A stretch of 46,434 nucleotides of DNA from Kiritimatiellia bacterium (GTDB lineage: Bacteria; Verrucomicrobiota; Kiritimatiellia; RFP12; UBA1067). The notes below the pieces were generated by a model. That model was not told where the DNA came from. It saw nothing but the letters and a program-made list of their open reading frames with translations, and did no database searches. Shown piece after piece: positions 15,693-24,754 of this stretch. Position numbers and translations under genes: made by a program. The DNA lies in contig JBJEWG010000150.1 in the NCBI GenBank assembly GCA_051884935.1, forward strand, positions 1 to 46,434. Reading direction: 5' to 3'. The stretch's first letter is position 1. Each line of letters begins with the position of its first letter.

Positions 15693-16115
15693 ATGGACCT
15701 TCAGGAACTCCAGAGCCGCGTCTCCGCGCGCGTCCGCGAAATCCCCCTCCTCGTCGGCCTCCCCGTCTTCGACGAGGACAGGGGCAACGTCGTCGAGAAC
15801 GTCCGGCAGGAGATCGCGAAGTCGAGCTTCTGCGTCGTCGTCGGCGCCCTCTCGTTCACGGACGAGGCCCCCGACGCCTCCCGCTGCTACGGAACCGCCC
15901 GCGTCGCGATCTCCGTCTTCGAGGACCCCATGCTCAACCGCGCCGGCGCCGGCCGCCCCACCTTCCTCGCCGCCGCCCAGGAGATCGCCCGCGCCCTCAA
16001 GCTCTTCGACACCGGCGACGGCGTCCTCACCTCCCCCGCCATCTCCGCCGCCGAGAACGTCGGCGGGGGCGTCGTCGCGCTCACCGTCACCCTCTCCCTC
16101 AAGACCACCCTCTAG
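15693..16115 (+). CDS. Head-tail adaptor or tail terminator-like phage protein
   Basis: 140-aa ORF between the connector and tube genes with high GC3. Function inferred from position only. Confidence 0.5.
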   Translation: MDLQELQSRVSARVREIPLLVGLPVFDEDRGNVVENVRQEIAKSSFCVVVGALSFTDEAPDASRCYGTARVAISVFEDPMLNRAGAGRPTFLAAAQEIARALKLFDTGDGVLTSPAISAAENVGGGVVALTVTLSLKTTL

Positions 16116-16129
16116 AAAGGAACCCACAC

Positions 16130-17050
16130 ATGGCCACCACACGCCAGTCCATCGTCCGCGGCCCCGGCACCGTCACGTTCAACGGCGTCAGGCTCTTCGA
16201 CGCCTCCGGCGTCTCCGCCGAGATCGACTCCGCCACGGGCGAGATCCCCTCCTCCATCGCCGGGACCCTCGACGTCATCAAGACCGACCAGGTCGGCAAG
16301 GTCTCCCTCACCCCCGTCGGCAGCCTCTCCGAGGACCTCCTCGCCGTCCTCTACCCCGCCTGGGCCCGCGTCCCGGAGATCGGCCGCTCCGTCCTCGGCG
16401 CCGCCGACCAGCCCCTCGTCGTCGCCTCGAAGGCCGGCGTCAAGGTCACGTTCGCCGCAGCCGCCCTCACCAAATGCCCCGACCTCCTCCTCTCGCCGGT
16501 CAAGACCGCCTTCGGCCCCGCCGAGTTCTCCGCACTCGTCGCGAACGGCAGGCTCCCCTCCGAGGCGGGCGCCCTCCACACCGTCGCCTCCGCCGCCTAC
16601 GCCGACGGCGAGCCGCCCCGCGACGGCCTCTCCGGCTTCCACTACCAGGGCTCCTACGGCTCCCTCTCCATCCCGGACACCCTCGACGGCTGGACCGTCT
16701 CCGTCGAGCTGGGGCTCGAGCCCGTCCACACCGACTCGCAGGGCACCATCGACTACACCCTCTCCGGCGTGAACGTCACCGCCCGCTGCACCCCGCTCGG
16801 GCTCTCCGAGGCGCAGATCCTCGCCGCCCTCCCCGTCGGCCTCGGCCGCGGAGCCTCCCTCGCCACCGCCAGCGACCTCGTCGTCTCCGCCAAGGGCGGC
16901 CTCAAGGTCACGCTCAAGTGCGCCTCGCTCCTCACCGGCCCCCTCAACTGGGGCGCCACCGCCCTCCGCGCCGGCGAGCTCGGCTTCCGCGCGAACGTCG
17001 ATCCCGCCACGGGCTCACTCTTCGACGTCGCCCTGCAGGGGGACGAATGA
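16130..17050 (+). CDS. Major tail tube protein (non-contractile tail)
   Basis: 306 aa immediately upstream of the chaperone-position gene and the tape measure. Internal duplication (GVKVTFAAAALTKCP... and GLKVTLKCASLLTGP...). No sheath gene present. Confidence 0.6.
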   Translation: MATTRQSIVRGPGTVTFNGVRLFDASGVSAEIDSATGEIPSSIAGTLDVIKTDQVGKVSLTPVGSLSEDLLAVLYPAWARVPEIGRSVLGAADQPLVVASKAGVKVTFAAAALTKCPDLLLSPVKTAFGPAEFSALVANGRLPSEAGALHTVASAAYADGEPPRDGLSGFHYQGSYGSLSIPDTLDGWTVSVELGLEPVHTDSQGTIDYTLSGVNVTARCTPLGLSEAQILAALPVGLGRGASLATASDLVVSAKGGLKVTLKCASLLTGPLNWGATALRAGELGFRANVDPATGSLFDVALQGDE

Positions 17051-17421
17051 CCATCTCCCTCGGCTCCGCCGTCCTCTGCGCCGGTCAGGCCCGCAGCGCG
17101 ACGGGCTCCCCCGTGGGGCCCTCGGGGCTCGCGGTGGAGATCGCGCCGGGCGTGGAGGCGCGCGAGTTCGTCGGCGCCGACCGCGTCCAGCCGGAGCACG
17201 TCAGATGCGACCACGGCGTCGTCTCCTTCGGCGTCACGCGCACGTTCCCCTCGGTCGCCGCCGCCCTCGCGTGGATCGCCGGGCCGTTCGTCTCGGAGGC
17301 GAGCGAGGGCGAGCTGAAGTTCGACGGCGCGCGCGTCTTCGGCCCGAAGTCGGCCGTCACGAGCCGCCGCTGCTCCCACGTCGGCTGCACCGTCGCCGTC
17401 ACCTACACCATCGAGGGCTAG
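17047..17421 (+). CDS. Tail assembly chaperone-position protein
   Basis: 124 aa. ATGA overlap with the tube gene, directly before the tape measure. Confidence 0.45.
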   Translation: MTISLGSAVLCAGQARSATGSPVGPSGLAVEIAPGVEAREFVGADRVQPEHVRCDHGVVSFGVTRTFPSVAAALAWIAGPFVSEASEGELKFDGARVFGPKSAVTSRRCSHVGCTVAVTYTIEG

Positions 17422-17424
17422 ACA

Positions 17425-18876
17425 ATGGCGGACGACGGGAACGTGGACATCCGGATCAGGGTCAGGGCGGACACGGCTCCGGCCGACAAGGCGAAGAGGG
17501 CCGTCGAGTCGGTCGGCGCCGCCGCGAGGACCGCCGCCGAGTCGTCGAAGGGCGGCTTCGAGCGGTTCAAGGGCGCCGTCGGCAGGGCCACGAGCGCGGT
17601 GGGCGCGCTGCGCGGCGTCCTCGCCGGCTTCGGCGCGGCGGGCCTCGTCGCCCCGCTCGTCGGCGCCTTCCGGAACTGGCGCAAGTCCATCGCCGAGACG
17701 GAGAAGAAGCTCCAGGACGCGCGCAGGGCCGCCGCCGAGGCCGCCGACGCGAAGGCCGTCCGCGAGATGGCCGAGGCCTGGGGCGAACTGAAGGACGCGG
17801 TCAACGCCGCGAACGAGGCCCGCCAGCGGGGCCGCGAGCTCCTCGACGAGGAGGTGCGCCTCCGCCGCGAGGAGGAGGACGCGCGGACCGACCTCGACGA
17901 GCGCAGGGCCCTCGCGGCGATCGACCCCGAATCGCCGAGCGCCGCCGCCGAGCGCGCCGCCGTCTCCGCCCGCTTCGCCGCGCGCCGCTCCGAGACGAAC
18001 GCCTCCCGCAGGGGCGAGGACGTCGTCCTGCGCCGCCAGGCGCTCGACGAGGAGGCCCGGGGCGCCGCCTCCGCCGCGGACGCGCTCGCGGGGCAGCTCC
18101 CCGCCGCCGACCGCGCGATCCTGCGCGCGCGCACCCGCGCCTCCACCCTCGACGCCCTCTCCCGCGAGCGCAACGACCGCGACGGAACCTGGTACAATCC
18201 GAGGAAGCGCACCGAGGAGGGCGACGCCGAGCGCGGGCGGATGCGGGCCGAGGCCGAGCGGGCCCGCGAGCAGGTCCGCGCGCTCGAGCGCGACCGGGAC
18301 GCGAAGGCGCGCGAGATCGCCGCCCTGCGCGCGAAGGCCGAGCACGCGAACGCCCGCCGCGACCTGCTCGGCGGGGCCCTCGCGACGGCCCAGACGCGCC
18401 GCGAGGCCGACGCGCTCGGCGCCGCCCAGACCGTGGGGGAGGCCGACCGGCAGCTCGCCCGGGGCCGCGCCGCCGAGGCCGCGCGGGCCGAGCAGGCCCG
18501 CCTCGAACGCGACCGCGCCGCGAAGGCCGGGAAGCTCGCGGCCCTCCAGGCGCGGGCCGACAGTCAGATCGCCGGGGCCGACGCGCGCGTCTCGCGCGAG
18601 GAGCTGGAGGCCGAGGCGGCCCGCCGGAACCTCGCCGGATTCGACGCGACCGTGGGCGCCCGCCGCACCGGCGTCGCCTCGGCGCGCGCGGCCCTCGCCG
18701 CGCAGGTCGAGCGCGAGGAGGGCGACGTGCGCGCCGCGCAGGAGGACGCCCGCGCGATCCGCTCGAACCTCGGCGCGCTCATCCAGTCGCTCAGGAACGA
18801 GATCGCCGCCATCGAGCGCGACCTGCGCGCCGCGAAGAGCCGCCAGAACTTCAGCGAGTCGGAGGCGCAGCCGTGA
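17425..18876 (+). CDS. Tail tape measure protein
   Basis: 483 aa. Gly-rich hydrophobic segment GVLAGFGAAGLVAPLVGAF followed by a long A/R/E coiled coil. Canonical position. Confidence 0.7.
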   Translation: MADDGNVDIRIRVRADTAPADKAKRAVESVGAAARTAAESSKGGFERFKGAVGRATSAVGALRGVLAGFGAAGLVAPLVGAFRNWRKSIAETEKKLQDARRAAAEAADAKAVREMAEAWGELKDAVNAANEARQRGRELLDEEVRLRREEEDARTDLDERRALAAIDPESPSAAAERAAVSARFAARRSETNASRRGEDVVLRRQALDEEARGAASAADALAGQLPAADRAILRARTRASTLDALSRERNDRDGTWYNPRKRTEEGDAERGRMRAEAERAREQVRALERDRDAKAREIAALRAKAEHANARRDLLGGALATAQTRREADALGAAQTVGEADRQLARGRAAEAARAEQARLERDRAAKAGKLAALQARADSQIAGADARVSREELEAEAARRNLAGFDATVGARRTGVASARAALAAQVEREEGDVRAAQEDARAIRSNLGALIQSLRNEIAAIERDLRAAKSRQNFSESEAQP

Positions 18877-20684
18877 CCGTCGCCGAGAACGGGGCCATCG
18901 CGCCGCGCGCGGACGCGGCCTTCGCCTTCGCCGTGGACGGGACGCGGTTCTTCCCCCAGGCGGGCGCGCGCCTCTCGTTCGCCTCGCGCACCGCCGCGAC
19001 GCTCCACCTCCCCGGCCTCCCGCAGGGCCTCGTCGCCCCCGGCGCGGAGGTGACGGCCACCTTCAACGGAGAGACGGTCTTCCGGGGCACGGCGGAGAGG
19101 ATCGTCACGCGCCGCCGGCGCGGCCTCGTCGTCGAGGACGTGACGTGCCGCGACGCCTGGGACCTCCTTGAGCGGCGCGTCTACCGCCAGGCGTGGCGCG
19201 TCGCCGCCGCGGACGGGACGGCCGTCGAGACCTCCACCGCCCGCGTCGTCCTGAACGTGGACGCGGACGGCCTGCCCATCCCACTCGCCGAGCAGGTGAC
19301 GGAGATCTGCTCGGCGGGCGGGCTCATGGCCTCCGACGGCGGGATCCCGGCGGCGACGCTCCCCGCGGACGAGGCGCGCGACGTCACGTGCGCGGACGCG
19401 ATCCGCCGCGCCCTCCGGCTCTTCCCCCAGGTGGTCGCCGCCTACGACGCCGCCTACGACGCCGTCGCCTTCCGCGTCCCCGCCGCCGGGGACGCCGCCT
19501 ACATGGCGGGCCCGCTCCTCTCCCGCGCGACGACGCGCACGGCCCACCCCGTCGTCGGCGTGGACATCGCGACCGAGTCGGTCGACACGAGCGTCGTCTC
19601 GCCGGAGACGGGCCTCGCCGTCGCCTCGCGCGCCGTCACGCACCAGACCGCCGGGGACGTCGCATCCGACGACTGCCTCCACGTCTACCTCCCCCTCGCG
19701 GGCGGCGCGTCCTCCACCTCGTGGGAGTCGCTCGTCGTGGAGACGGAGGAGATGCCCGCCCTCCAGAACGCGCCGTTCTGGCAGCGCAAGCACCACCGCC
19801 TCGCGAACGTGCCCGCATCCGCGATCACGATCACCGAGGCCGGGCGCAGCTCCACCAAGTACGACAAGATCACCTCGAACGACGTGGGCGCGCTCCGCGC
19901 GTTCGGGCTGAACGCCGAGGTCGTCCACTGCCACTGCAAGGCGACGGTCAAAACCGCCGACGACGTGGAGGAGGAGCTCTACCTGACGATGGACTTCGCG
20001 ATGACGGACGCCTCGCCGGGCCGCCACACGCGCCAGACGGGCAGCTCCTCGACGGCGGCGGAGACGCTGCCCGAGGGGCTCGCGGCGGCCATCCTCGCCC
20101 AGCGCGGCGGCGCGGTCGAGGCGGAGGACGTCTCGATCGTCGTCGGAGAGGCGTTCCCCCGGATCGGCGACTCGTTCGGCGGGCTCGTCCTCCAGAGCTT
20201 CGACGTGGACTGCGCGACCCTCGTCGCGAACCTCCACTTCGGCCACCCGGACTACCTGACGCCGGAGGACATGCGCGACCTGCTGAACGGCTTCCGCGCG
20301 CGCGGCTCCGCCGCGAACGTCCCCCACCGCGCCGAGAGCGACCTCGGCGCCGACGCGACCCCCGTCGCGGGCGGGGTGATGCCCCTCACGACGACCGAGT
20401 TCTGCCCCGGCGTGAAGGCGAAGACCACCGTCAAGTCGTCGAGCGGCGGCGGCTCGATCGTGCTCGACGCGGCGGCGGTGGGCGCCGGGAAGTCGCTCGC
20501 CGTCCGCGAGCTCACCTACACCCCGTCCGGCGGCTCCGCCACGACGCTCAAGGTGCTCGCGGAGGATGACGTGGAGCTCCCGCCGGGCGGCGGGGGCGGC
20601 GCGGAGCACGCCGCCGAGCCGGACACGAACGCGACGTTCACGGAGAGGGACGGCAAGATCGTGGTGGGGGTCTACTACCTATGA
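18873..20684 (+). CDS. Distal tail or tail hub protein
   Basis: 603 aa. GTG start overlaps the tape-measure stop (GTGA). Function inferred from position. Confidence 0.55.
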   Translation: MTVAENGAIAPRADAAFAFAVDGTRFFPQAGARLSFASRTAATLHLPGLPQGLVAPGAEVTATFNGETVFRGTAERIVTRRRRGLVVEDVTCRDAWDLLERRVYRQAWRVAAADGTAVETSTARVVLNVDADGLPIPLAEQVTEICSAGGLMASDGGIPAATLPADEARDVTCADAIRRALRLFPQVVAAYDAAYDAVAFRVPAAGDAAYMAGPLLSRATTRTAHPVVGVDIATESVDTSVVSPETGLAVASRAVTHQTAGDVASDDCLHVYLPLAGGASSTSWESLVVETEEMPALQNAPFWQRKHHRLANVPASAITITEAGRSSTKYDKITSNDVGALRAFGLNAEVVHCHCKATVKTADDVEEELYLTMDFAMTDASPGRHTRQTGSSSTAAETLPEGLAAAILAQRGGAVEAEDVSIVVGEAFPRIGDSFGGLVLQSFDVDCATLVANLHFGHPDYLTPEDMRDLLNGFRARGSAANVPHRAESDLGADATPVAGGVMPLTTTEFCPGVKAKTTVKSSSGGGSIVLDAAAVGAGKSLAVRELTYTPSGGSATTLKVLAEDDVELPPGGGGGAEHAAEPDTNATFTERDGKIVVGVYYL

Positions 20685-21709
20685 TCGGCGCGCGCGACCA
20701 GTACGCCTTCGTGGACCTCTCGCAGGTCCCGGAGATGCGGATCGACGGCGGAATCCTGCCCGCGCGCGACGTGGCGGCCGACGGCTCGTGGCGCGTCCTC
20801 AGGGGCGAGGACGCGGCGTTCCTCCAGGAGGCCGCGCGCGAGCGCGTCCAGGCCGCCACCGGCGCGACCGTCCCCCCGCACGCGATGACGCGCGTCCTCT
20901 CGGCGGACCGCATGGAGGACGCGCGCGGGCGGCTCGCCGCCTGCGCCTCGCTCCACGGCTACTGCAAGGACCCGCCGGAGGACGCCCAGGCCATCGACGG
21001 CCTCGACGCCTTCGCGACGGCGGCGACGGCCCACGGCCTCGCGTGGAGCGACGGGGAGCCCGCGCTCCCGGCCTTTGGCGCGTTCCGCGCGCTGCGGGCG
21101 GACGACGTGCGCGCGCTCTTCCGCGCCGTCTCCCGCCTCCGGCAGTTCGAGGTCCACGGCGCGCCGTTCGGCATTTCAAACGGGGCGGGCGCGGAATACG
21201 CCGTCGAGCTCCACGAGGAGAGGCCGGGCGCGAACGCGGCGGCGAGCGCGCCGCCCCTGGGGCTCGTCGAGCACGTCTGCGACGACGCCTGGCGCGGCAC
21301 GAGCCGCGAGGAGGTGTGCTTCGCGCGCGACGCCGTCGTGGCGGGCGGCGACTGGTCGCTCACCGTCCCGGAGGCCGCGCGGCCGTGGATCGCCTCCGTC
21401 CGCGCATTCGTCCGCCTGCGCTACGCGTCCGTCGAGACGCCGCCGGGGGGCGCGGCGGCGGAGACCTCGGACTACATCGTCGCGCCCGTCGAATCCGCGT
21501 TCTCGGACGGGGTGTGCGCGGTCGCGCGCGCGTCCCTCGTCGATGCGGCCCAGGCGGCGCGCGCCCGGCGCGGCTACGTCCCGCGCGCCCTCGGAAGCGG
21601 CTGGAGCCAGGTGAACCGCGTCTCGGCGGACGGCCTCTCGTTCATCTGCTCGCTCACCGGCCACACCGACTTTTCCGGCATCGGCTGGACCTGGCAGCCG
21701 AACAACTGA
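20681..21709 (+). CDS. Phage tail protein, unknown function
   Basis: 342 aa. ATGA overlap with the upstream gene. High GC3. Confidence 0.5.
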   Translation: MIGARDQYAFVDLSQVPEMRIDGGILPARDVAADGSWRVLRGEDAAFLQEAARERVQAATGATVPPHAMTRVLSADRMEDARGRLAACASLHGYCKDPPEDAQAIDGLDAFATAATAHGLAWSDGEPALPAFGAFRALRADDVRALFRAVSRLRQFEVHGAPFGISNGAGAEYAVELHEERPGANAAASAPPLGLVEHVCDDAWRGTSREEVCFARDAVVAGGDWSLTVPEAARPWIASVRAFVRLRYASVETPPGGAAAETSDYIVAPVESAFSDGVCAVARASLVDAAQAARARRGYVPRALGSGWSQVNRVSADGLSFICSLTGHTDFSGIGWTWQPNN

Positions 21710-21735
21710 AGACTTGAACCCAAATGGAGGAGAAC

Positions 21736-22594
21736 ATGGCAGACGAGGAGAACGCGGCGGCGGTGCCGCTCAGGTGGACGGTCGAGACCTCCCGCGCCCA
21801 GGCCGCCCGGTTCGAGGCCTTCCGGGGCGAGACGCTCGCCCTTGAAGCCACGCTGAAGACGTATGGAAACCCCCTTGAAACGGACCTGAAACCGTCTCTG
21901 CACTGGCAGACGCCCGGGATGGGGGACGCGTGGTGGACGGCCCCCGCGACGGCGGAGGGGGGCGTGCTGCGGGCCGCGTTCACGCCCGAGATGGACCCCG
22001 GCGCGCCGATGGTCGTGGGCTTCATCGGCGTTGCGGGCGGGATCTGGCGCGCCGCGTTCGCGATCCGCTTCCGCCACGCCCCCGGCGCGCACCCGAACGA
22101 GATCGACCTCCCCCCCGCGCGAGATCGACTTCGCGACGGTCGTCGTCCGCAACGCCCCCTGGGCCACCCCCGCCGACGTCGCCGCGCTGACGTCCGGCAA
22201 GCTCGACAGGGCCGACGTGCGCTACAGGCTGCACGAGGTGGACCTGGGCGGCTACATCAAGCTTCTCGAAGACCGCGCAGTCAACGTGTTCTCGTCGTCC
22301 GAGACGGTCAGGGTCACGCCGCCGCGCCCGTCGGAAGGCGGACGCGCGCGCGACCTGCTCGTCGTCGCGACGCTCTCCAACGGCGCGGGCGTCACGTTCG
22401 ACGTCAACGACGATATGGTCTGCCTCGTCAGCTACGTGACGGAGGACGCGGACGCGCTCGCCGCCGAGGACGGAATCAACGTCTACTCGCTCACCGAGAT
22501 CATGCCGGCCACGGCTGACCATCGCGCGATGTTCCTCGTCGCGCGCAGGACCGTGGCCGAATTCGACCCGATGACAACCCCAGCGGAGGCCTGA
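21736..22594 (+). pseudogene. Tail-region protein interrupted by a +1 frame change at a C7 homopolymer
   Basis: High-GC3 coding switches frame exactly at CCCCCCC (22110-22116). A C6 tract would read ...HPNEIDLPPREIDFATVVVRNAPW... as one protein of about 285 aa. GGAGGAG ribosome-binding site before ATG 21736. Confidence 0.6.
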
Positions 22595-22596
22595 AG

Positions 22597-23076
22597 ATGA
22601 ACCGAGACTTTGGAAAACTGGCAGACGGCAGAATCACCTACGCCCCGCGCGTCGTCATGACGGAGGCCGGGCTCGCCACGCGCCCCACGGCCGCCGACTA
22701 CCTCGCGGCGGGCTATAAGCGAATCATCGACACGCCGCCGCCCGTCGAGGCTGGCGGCTTCAGCCGCCCATCCGGCTGGCTCGAAGCCGCCGATACCATT
22801 ACCCGCCGGTACGAGACCGTCGCGGCGCCGCCGCCCGCGCCGCGCGTCTTCTCGAAGCTGAAGTGCCACCTCGCGCTCAAGGCCGCCGGGCACTGGCCCG
22901 CAGTCAAAGCGTGGCTGGAGGCGAACGACCTCTGGGACGCCTTCCTGCTCGCGCAGGACGTCCGCGAGGACGACGAGCAGTTCACGGCGGGCGTCGCCGC
23001 GCTGAAGGCATCTCTCGGCCTCTCCGACGACGACGTGGAGAAACTGCTCGCCGCGTGCGTGCTGGAGGGCGCGTGA
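22597..23076 (+). CDS. Phage protein, unknown function (tail-fibre-accessory position)
   Basis: 159-aa ORF. Contains hairpin repeat copy b at 22742-22769. Confidence 0.5.
   Translation: MNRDFGKLADGRITYAPRVVMTEAGLATRPTAADYLAAGYKRIIDTPPPVEAGGFSRPSGWLEAADTITRRYETVAAPPPAPRVFSKLKCHLALKAAGHWPAVKAWLEANDLWDAFLLAQDVREDDEQFTAGVAALKASLGLSDDDVEKLLAACVLEGA
22742..22769 (+). repeat. Hairpin repeat, diverged copy b (inside a CDS, in a different reading frame from copy c)
   Basis: ccgtcgaggctggcggcttcagccgccc. Hairpin GGCGGC-TTCA-GCCGCC. Shares tcgaggc..gcggcttcagccgc with the other copies. Confidence 0.5.
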
Positions 23077-23077
23077 G

Positions 23078-23773
23078 ATGCTGATCGGTTCGAGACTGTC
23101 CATGACGGGCGGCGGCGCCGCCGCCAAGACGAGGCGGTACGCGGAGTACTATCTCAGAATCGCGGACGGCACGATCAAAGAGATATGCGACGAGGACACG
23201 ACGATAATCGGAGATTATGTGTTCCAATATTTAAACAAACTCGCGCGTGTGGACTTCACGAACTGCACGACAATCGGCAAATATTCGTTCAGCGAATGCA
23301 CCAGCCTTGCGAGCGTGGACTTTCCGAACTGCACGTCCATCAACCAAAGTTCGTTCAGCGGCTGCACCAGCCTTGTAAACGTCAACATTCCGAAAATCTA
23401 TTCGGTCGGCAACAGGTCGTTCATCGGCTGCACCAGACTTGCGAGCGTGGACTTCCCGAACGTCACATACACGAACATCTACGCGTTCAGCGGCTGCACC
23501 GGCCTTACGCGCGTTAACATGCCGAAGTTGTGGGATATTAGTGAAAACTCGTTCAGGAATTGCACTAAACTGAATCTGCTCCGCATGGACGGGATATCGG
23601 AAGTGACGACGTTGTCCAACACAAACGCATTCTATAACACGCCTTCGACGATGAGGATCGTCGTGCCGGACGCGCTCGTGGACGCGATGAGGGCCGCGCC
23701 GAAATGGAGCGACTACGCCGACCGCATCGTCGGCGTGACGGAATACGACGCCGCGAACGGAGGCGCCCGATGA
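23078..23773 (+). CDS. BspA-type leucine-rich repeat protein (likely receptor-binding or adhesin module)
   Basis: Five tandem 22-23-aa repeats: FSECTSLASVDFPNCTSI, FSGCTSLVNVNIPKI, FIGCTRLASVDFPNVT, FSGCTGLTRVNMPKL, FRNCTKLNLLRMDG. GC is clearly lower than in neighbouring genes. Confidence 0.75.
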   Translation: MLIGSRLSMTGGGAAAKTRRYAEYYLRIADGTIKEICDEDTTIIGDYVFQYLNKLARVDFTNCTTIGKYSFSECTSLASVDFPNCTSINQSSFSGCTSLVNVNIPKIYSVGNRSFIGCTRLASVDFPNVTYTNIYAFSGCTGLTRVNMPKLWDISENSFRNCTKLNLLRMDGISEVTTLSNTNAFYNTPSTMRIVVPDALVDAMRAAPKWSDYADRIVGVTEYDAANGGAR

Positions 23774-24201
23774 CCGTCGCCGAATGCCGCGAGCTGCTCG
23801 CCCGCGCGCGCGCCCTCGGCCTCTCCGGGGCCGGCGAGGCCGCCGCCCACCCCGTCGAGTGCCTCGCGCGCGACTGCAACGGCATCGGCCCGGAGTGGCT
23901 CCCCGCACCCGCGCGCGAGCTCCTCGACCGCCTCGCCCCGGACCTCCGCCCCGCCGCGCTGGTCCACGACTTCCGCTGGTCCCACTCCGACGGCTCCCGC
24001 GCCGCCTTCGACGCATCCAACCGGGAGCTTGAGGACAACTGCGCCATCGTCGCGCGCTCCTTCCCCTGGTGGAACTGGCGGCGGTACGCCCTGCGCCACC
24101 TCGGCGTCGCCTTCGCCGACGTCTGCTCCCGCCACGGCCTCCCCGCCTACCTCATGGCGCACGCTTCAACCACAACCGAAAACAAAGGAAAACAGACATG
24201 A
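23770..24201 (+). CDS. HD-motif phage protein (DUF1353-like, phospholipase A2-like motifs)
   Basis: 143 aa. NGIGPEWL loop followed by RPAALVHDFRWS, resembling DGASIP...HDxxY of DUF1353 and the YxGxG...HDxxY logic of PLA2 enzymes. From memory only. Confidence 0.45.
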   Translation: MTVAECRELLARARALGLSGAGEAAAHPVECLARDCNGIGPEWLPAPARELLDRLAPDLRPAALVHDFRWSHSDGSRAAFDASNRELEDNCAIVARSFPWWNWRRYALRHLGVAFADVCSRHGLPAYLMAHASTTTENKGKQT

Positions 24202-24749
24202 AGAAATCCCTCGTCGCCCTCGCCGCCGCGCTCGCGCTCGCCGGCTGCACCTCCTCCACCCGCATCGAGTGGGGCGGCCGCACCGCCCTCCGCAACCCCG
24301 ACGGCTCCGTCCTCCTCGACGCATCCGGCGCCCCGCACTACGAGACCGCCCCGAATATCTACAGGGACGCCAACTGGCTCACCCGCCGCGAGGAGCGCGA
24401 CGTCTCCGTCAGCGTCAACGCCGACGGCTCCTACTCCGCCGGCATCGGCGCGCGCGTCAACGACGTCTCCACGAACGGCGTCGCCATCGTCACCGGCGGC
24501 CTCGACGCCACCACGCGCCTCGTCTCCACCGTCGCCGCCGCCTACGCCTCCATATCGGGGGGCGCGGCTTCAGCCGCGACCGTCGTTGACGTCGCCCGCT
24601 CCGTCTACAGGGCGTTCGCTTCGGCCGGCGGCGACCCCGCGAAGGCCACCGTCTCCGCCGGGGGCGGCTCCCTCGCCGTCTCCGACGGATCCGTCTGCAC
24701 CGAGTGCGACGCGGCCGGCAACTGCACCGCCGGCGCCTGCCGCGAGTGA
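24198..24749 (+). CDS. Phage-encoded lipoprotein with Cys-rich C-terminus
   Basis: Lipobox LALAGC. C-terminus SVCTECDAAGNCTAGAC. ATGA overlap with the upstream gene. Contains hairpin repeat copy c. Confidence 0.6.
   Translation: MKKSLVALAAALALAGCTSSTRIEWGGRTALRNPDGSVLLDASGAPHYETAPNIYRDANWLTRREERDVSVSVNADGSYSAGIGARVNDVSTNGVAIVTGGLDATTRLVSTVAAAYASISGGAASAATVVDVARSVYRAFASAGGDPAKATVSAGGGSLAVSDGSVCTECDAAGNCTAGACRE
24550..24579 (+). repeat. 30-nt hairpin repeat, copy c (inside the lipoprotein CDS)
   Basis: ccatatcggggggcgcggcttcagccgcga, about 26 of 30 identical to copy d. Confidence 0.7.
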
Positions 24750-24754
24750 CCGCC

